Shown: positions 8,425-12,270 of the stretch, in pieces | How positions within the stretch are numbered: position 1 is the first letter of the stretch | How the letters are laid out: every line of letters begins with the position of its first letter | Origin: Candidatus Aegiribacteria sp. | GTDB lineage: Bacteria; Fermentibacterota; Fermentibacteria; Fermentibacterales; JCC-6 | NCBI GenBank assembly: GCA_046498225.1 | Contig: JAWOBF010000124.1 | Coordinates: 1-12,270 of the forward strand | DNA: 12,270 nucleotides | Direction: 5' to 3' | Position numbers and translations under genes: made by a program | Notes under the pieces: model-generated | Seen by the model: only the letters and a program-made list of their open reading frames with translations | Told to the model about the DNA's origin: nothing | The model's database searches: none

Positions 8425-9782
8425 AGGACGGAAACCCGGGAACCATCCGCTACGGTGTGGACCAGGTGCCGCCGCCGAGACATCTGGTGGTGCTTGCGGT
8501 TCAGCATGTTCTGCTGATGTTCGTTTCCCTCGGTCTGCCCATAATCTTCGCCGCCCAGATAGGTGCATCCCCGGCGGTGACCACGTCCATAATCTCCTTC
8601 TCGATGCTGGCCGCCGGAACAGGCTCCATCCTGCAGTCACTGAGGCTGAGGTTCCTGGGCTCGGGTTATCTGTGTCCCAATGTCTGCGGACCCTCGTACT
8701 TCAGTCTCTCCCTTTCCGCCGCCTGGGCCGGCGGCATACCGCTGATGAGGGGAATGATCATCCTCGCCGGGCTGGTTGAGATGCTGCTCGCCCCGATGGT
8801 CCAGAAGCTGAAACGGGTCTTCCCCTCCTACATCGTCGGACTTGTGGTGGCCATGGTGGGAGTGAGCGTTATCAAGTCCTCGGTGGTATCTCTCTTCGGC
8901 CTCAGCTACAGGGGTGATTCGGTGGGAGGGCTCAGTGTCGCCGTGGGAACATTTTCCCTGCTTGTGATGATCCTGGCCAACGTATGGGGCCGTGGCTTTC
9001 TGAGGATGTACTGCCTGCTGGTGGGAATGGCCGCGGGCTGGGCGGCTGCGCTGGTCTTCATCCCCGAAAGCCGTTTCTCCCTTTCCTCCTTCAGACATGT
9101 CCCCGTCTTCGCGATTCCACGTATGCCCTGGGGAGCGGTAAGCATATCGTTTCAGTGGAATCTTCTGCTTCCCTTCACCGTCATAGCCGTAAGCGGTTCG
9201 CTGAAGTCCTTCGGCAACCTTCTGGCGGCCCAGAGGATATCCAGACCTCAGGCGGATGAGGTGGATTTCCGTCCCATTCGGAACGGTCTCATCACGGATG
9301 GTCTTTCCACCGCCCTTGCCGGATTGCTCGGCGCCATGGCCGTAGATACATCCTCAAGTAATGTGGGACTGGCCGGCTCCACCGGAGTGCTCAGCCGCTG
9401 GATCGCCACCTGCGCGGGGGCCATCTTCTGCCTGCTGGCTTTTTTTCCCCGGTTTTCTGCCATCATCGCTCAAATGCCGAAGCCTGTCCTGGGCGCGTCC
9501 ATCATCTTCGCCGGCTGCTTCATGATAGTAACGGGTCTTCAGGAGATGTTAAGGGAGAATTGGGAGCAGAGAAGGACGTTCGTGGTGGGTACGGCCCTTT
9601 TCATGGGGCTCAGCACAGGATTTCTGCCCGAGCTGTACGCCAGAGCCCCGGGCTTCATTCAGTCATTCTTCACGGATCCACTTCCCACCGCCACGATAGT
9701 AGCGGTGTTGATGAACCAGGTTGTGAACCTGGACAGGCTGCCCTGGAACAGGCTATTGCGAAAGCACCGCGAAGGAGGCTGA
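8421..9782 (+). CDS. NCS2/NAT family (xanthine/uracil permease-like) transporter, atypical binding residues
   Basis: 453 aa polytopic membrane protein. YGVDQVPP, the TM1 QH motif, CGPSY, NAT-like motif SNVGLAGSTGVLSR and FFPRF..MPKPVLG. GTGA overlap with the Cache gene. Confidence 0.9.
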   Translation: MKDGNPGTIRYGVDQVPPPRHLVVLAVQHVLLMFVSLGLPIIFAAQIGASPAVTTSIISFSMLAAGTGSILQSLRLRFLGSGYLCPNVCGPSYFSLSLSAAWAGGIPLMRGMIILAGLVEMLLAPMVQKLKRVFPSYIVGLVVAMVGVSVIKSSVVSLFGLSYRGDSVGGLSVAVGTFSLLVMILANVWGRGFLRMYCLLVGMAAGWAAALVFIPESRFSLSSFRHVPVFAIPRMPWGAVSISFQWNLLLPFTVIAVSGSLKSFGNLLAAQRISRPQADEVDFRPIRNGLITDGLSTALAGLLGAMAVDTSSSNVGLAGSTGVLSRWIATCAGAIFCLLAFFPRFSAIIAQMPKPVLGASIIFAGCFMIVTGLQEMLRENWEQRRTFVVGTALFMGLSTGFLPELYARAPGFIQSFFTDPLPTATIVAVLMNQVVNLDRLPWNRLLRKHREGG

Positions 9783-9784
9783 TA

Positions 9785-10122
9785 CTCTGTTTCCCCCGCT
9801 GCGGACCGTGGCGAAGAACAGACCGGATCCATAGCCTTCGGAACTCAAAATGAGGTCTCCGAACCTGTCACGGATTATGTCCCCCGGAAGGATGATGTTC
9901 CCGAAATTGAGGTTGGGTGGATGTGATCCTGACCTTATGGGACAGGTTCACCTCCGGGGCATTATCTCGTTTCAGTTGTGACCTTCACTGCTCGTTGACT
10001 TGTCGGAAATATTCAGATATCATGCTGTCCAGAACATAAAGCAGTGAAAATCGGAAGGTATCAGGCCCGATAGGCAGGTCATGAACCATCTCGCGAAAGA
10101 TGCGAAATCCACTTTCCTATTG
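9785..10122 (+). mobile_element. Copy C: decayed IS91-family-like transposase 3' end with promoter and oriIS-like terminus
   Basis: LCFPRCG (9785-9805), RI(+1 frameshift)IAFGTQNEV (9824-9857), EPVTDYVPRKDDVPEIEVG (9861-9917), promoter at 9995-10023, and GAAATCCACTTTCCTATTG (10104-10122). Confidence 0.6.
9995..10023 (+). promoter_or_regulatory. Near-consensus sigma70 promoter inside element copy C
   Basis: TTGACT (9995-10000), 17 nt spacer, TATCAT (10018-10023). Confidence 0.6.
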
Positions 10123-10214
10123 ATCACCCTCACCGGACGCTACGCCCGCTCCGACTCGTGGAGCCTGCCTGCCGAGCTGAAGCTTCAGCTCATACCGGGA
10201 TCCGGGGGCTCTTG

Positions 10215-11273
10215 ATGTCTTTGCTTCCAGTAGATCACAGAGTCTGCCTGATCTCCATGGGCACCATCCTCGGGCTGGCCGGGCTGGGGTGCGGGCAGGA
10301 ATCCACCGGCCCCTCCGACCCGATGGATCTATGGTTCGAGCAGCCCAGCGATGTGATAGTCTTCATGTCCAGGGCCGACTCGCCGGAGGGCGAGCTGTAC
10401 GTCCTGGACAAGAGCGGCGAGATCACAAGGCTGACCTACAACTCGCTGCACGAGAACAACCCCGCGATATCCTCCGATGGATCGAAGGTCGCATACCAGG
10501 CCGGCCAGGAAGACAACATGCTTACCTGGGAGCTCTATGTGGCAGATATTGCCGGAGGGGGCGAACAGCGCCTGACCAACAACTGGGTGATCGATGCCCA
10601 TCCCGACTGGGGGCCCGGGGACAGTGTCCTCGTATTCGGATCATTCAGAGATGGCTCGGGGGCGCCCTCCGGAACGGCTGACATCTACACTATCCATATT
10701 GACGGTTCTGATCTGACCAGACTGACCACATCGGAATGGGAGGACAACGATCCCGAATGGTCACCCGACGGCACGATGATCGCTTTCAAGTCCAACCGGA
10801 ACACCCAGCAGGCCGCCCGGGAGGAGATCTTCGTCATGAATGCCGACGGTAGCGGCCAGCGCAGGCTTACCTCCACCCTGGGCTGGGAATCGGACCATGA
10901 TCCCAGCTGGAGCCCCGACAGCAAGAGGCTCGTTTTCAGCCATTACCAGGGCTCACGGGCCTGGACGGATATGACCGACCCGAACGTGTTCATCTCGTCA
11001 TGGGGGGATTTCGTCCCATGGAACATCCACCGGGTCGATCTGGACGGGAATGTGGAAGAGCTGACCGACGTTCAGTACACGGCCGGGCTGCCGGTATACT
11101 CCGAGGATGGCGCGAGCATTCTGTTCCTGCGGATGGATTTCATCATATCCGGCTCGGGAGAGCTGGTGGGCGCGGACCACAGGCTGATTCTCATTGATGC
11201 GTCGGGCGGGAGCGGGCAGCAGCTGATCCCCGATGACGGGCATACTTCCACACTCGAGTATTTCGACTGGTGA
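10215..11273 (+). CDS. TolB family PD40-repeat protein, probable lipoprotein
   Basis: Repeats NPAISSDGSKVAY, HPDWGPGD, DPEWSPDGTMIAF, IFVMNADGSGQRRLT, DPSWSPDSKRLVF. Lipobox-like LAGLG-C. Start is uncertain (ATG 10215 after GGGGG chosen). Confidence 0.88.
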   Translation: MSLLPVDHRVCLISMGTILGLAGLGCGQESTGPSDPMDLWFEQPSDVIVFMSRADSPEGELYVLDKSGEITRLTYNSLHENNPAISSDGSKVAYQAGQEDNMLTWELYVADIAGGGEQRLTNNWVIDAHPDWGPGDSVLVFGSFRDGSGAPSGTADIYTIHIDGSDLTRLTTSEWEDNDPEWSPDGTMIAFKSNRNTQQAAREEIFVMNADGSGQRRLTSTLGWESDHDPSWSPDSKRLVFSHYQGSRAWTDMTDPNVFISSWGDFVPWNIHRVDLDGNVEELTDVQYTAGLPVYSEDGASILFLRMDFIISGSGELVGADHRLILIDASGGSGQQLIPDDGHTSTLEYFDW

Positions 11274-11357
11274 TCATTCCAGGACTCCATCACCCTAAGC
11301 GCCTCCCTGTCTGATACGTCGAAAAAGTGGCGACAGACCCGGGCCAACGCCCTGAAA

Positions 11358-11396
11358 TTCGAAGGAATATAATCCAGTTTCCTGTTGCCCGGCAGG
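11358..11396 (+). repeat. Copy D: terminal (oriIS-like) motif of the intergenic element
   Basis: GAAGGAATATAATCCAGTTTCCTGTTGCCCGG versus GAAGGTATGAGATCCAGTTTCCTGTTGCTCGG at 12204-12235. They share an identical 17-mer, ATCCAGTTTCCTGTTGC. Confidence 0.75.
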
Positions 11397-11517
11397 AGGT
11401 GATATTCTGTGATGACGAGGCTCACCTCGATAGGGTTGTCGACGCGGGTTTTCACGGGGTATGTCTGGACAAGATAGATCCCTTCGAGGGTTACGAATCA
11501 TTATTAGGGAGGGTTGT

Positions 11518-12093
11518 ATGTTCGAAAGAAGGCTTCGTGCAGCACTGATCTGTCTGTTTCTCATTGGCGGAACCGTTCTGGCGCTGCCCTACGAACCCTC
11601 CCCCGAGGGTGGGGGAATATTGGTTACGGATTTCCTTGCCGCCTATCCCTTCGGACCCGAAGACGGCATAGAGCGGGACCTGGATCTGTCCACCGAGCTG
11701 GGATTCATCTTCCCGCTGCAGAAGAACCTCTATCTGGGCCCGGCATTCAACTTCGGCAGCTGGCTCAACGGGGGCTGGCACAGCAGGTGGGGCCTCTCGG
11801 CCAGGAGCAGGATACTGCTGGACAGGCGTTTTTCAATGGACCTCTCGTCGGGAGTTATCCTGGGAGACTCCCCCCATCCCGACGGGTTTGCCGGATTCAC
11901 TGCAGGCGCTTCCCTGGTCCTGGACGGATGGCTGGGCATCTGCGCCAGGATAGACTTCACGGAGGCCTATCCCGACGGTACCGATACCGTTTTCAGGCTG
12001 GGTCTCGGTCTGGGCGAACTGCCGGGTCTTTATACAACAGCAGCGGCAGGCGGCGCGGGTGCCGTGGCCTGGTGGCTGAACCAGATGGACTGA
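11518..12093 (+). CDS. Exported hypothetical protein, possibly outer-membrane beta-barrel-like
   Basis: GGAGG RBS before ATG 11518. Signal peptide MFERRLRAALICLFLIGGTVLA. Gly/aromatic amphipathic strands (LYLGPAFNFG, WGLSARSRI, VFRLGLGLG). Confidence 0.7.
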   Translation: MFERRLRAALICLFLIGGTVLALPYEPSPEGGGILVTDFLAAYPFGPEDGIERDLDLSTELGFIFPLQKNLYLGPAFNFGSWLNGGWHSRWGLSARSRILLDRRFSMDLSSGVILGDSPHPDGFAGFTAGASLVLDGWLGICARIDFTEAYPDGTDTVFRLGLGLGELPGLYTTAAAGGAGAVAWWLNQMD

Positions 12094-12100
12094 GTTCTCC

Positions 12101-12235
12101 CCTTGACCGGTCTGTTCCGCTCTAGTATTTGAAATCAGGTGCTGAGATCGACGGATTTGAATGAAACATGCGGTTATGAAGCATGGTCATTGGACGGTTC
12201 ATGGAAGGTATGAGATCCAGTTTCCTGTTGCTCGG
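12101..12235 (+). repeat. Copy B: promoter-to-terminus part of the intergenic element
   Basis: About 80% identical by hand alignment to 4870-4977 (12158-12208 vs 4927-4977 = 46/51). TTGACC-17-TATTTG. Ends in ATCCAGTTTCCTGTTG, 112 nt after TTGAC, the same spacing as in copy C. Confidence 0.85.
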
Positions 12236-12270
12236 GAAGGACTCGCTGGATTTCTTCCAGAAGTGAAAAC

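Noticed and set aside
7606..8640. 344-aa minus-strand ORF, plus other long antisense or alternate-frame ORFs (48-737, 1734-2381, 11514-12125)
   Set aside because: They overlap well-supported + strand genes and have no recognisable motifs. They are shadow ORFs typical of GC-rich DNA.
4870..12235. CRISPR array
   Set aside because: The repeats are degenerate and separated by whole genes, not by 30-40 nt spacers.
634..12270. Classical integron with attC sites
   Set aside because: I found no RYYYAAC...GTTRRRY-bounded palindromes after the stop codons and no intI. The spacer repeats are direct, long and partly coding-derived.

Overview
Bacterial accessory region. The host is probably FCB-group, inferred from a protein with a T9SS/Por-type C-terminal sorting domain. 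Ten co-oriented (+) genes or gene pairs of unrelated function: a 5'-truncated CPBP intramembrane protease, an ABC-2 exporter (ATPase + permease), a class I SAM methyltransferase, two TolB/PD40 beta-propeller proteins, a ~620-aa acidic secreted protein, a double-Cache lipoprotein coupled to an atypical NCS2 permease, and an exported hypothetical protein. The main observation is in the spacers. At least four, and possibly seven, carry same-orientation, variably decayed pieces of one ~300-400 bp element. Its order is: eroded transposase-like C-terminus (CPRCG..RIIAF..DYVP..DDVPExEVG), then a sigma70-like promoter (TTGACY-17-TATNNN), then a hairpin/GGAAGG, then ATCCASTTTCCTRTTG, which resembles an IS91/ISCR oriIS end. 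This suggests a cassette-like array of cargo genes punctuated by IS91-family 3'-end/oriIS modules. No intact transposase or integrase is in the window. All alignments were done by hand and the family assignment is inference.
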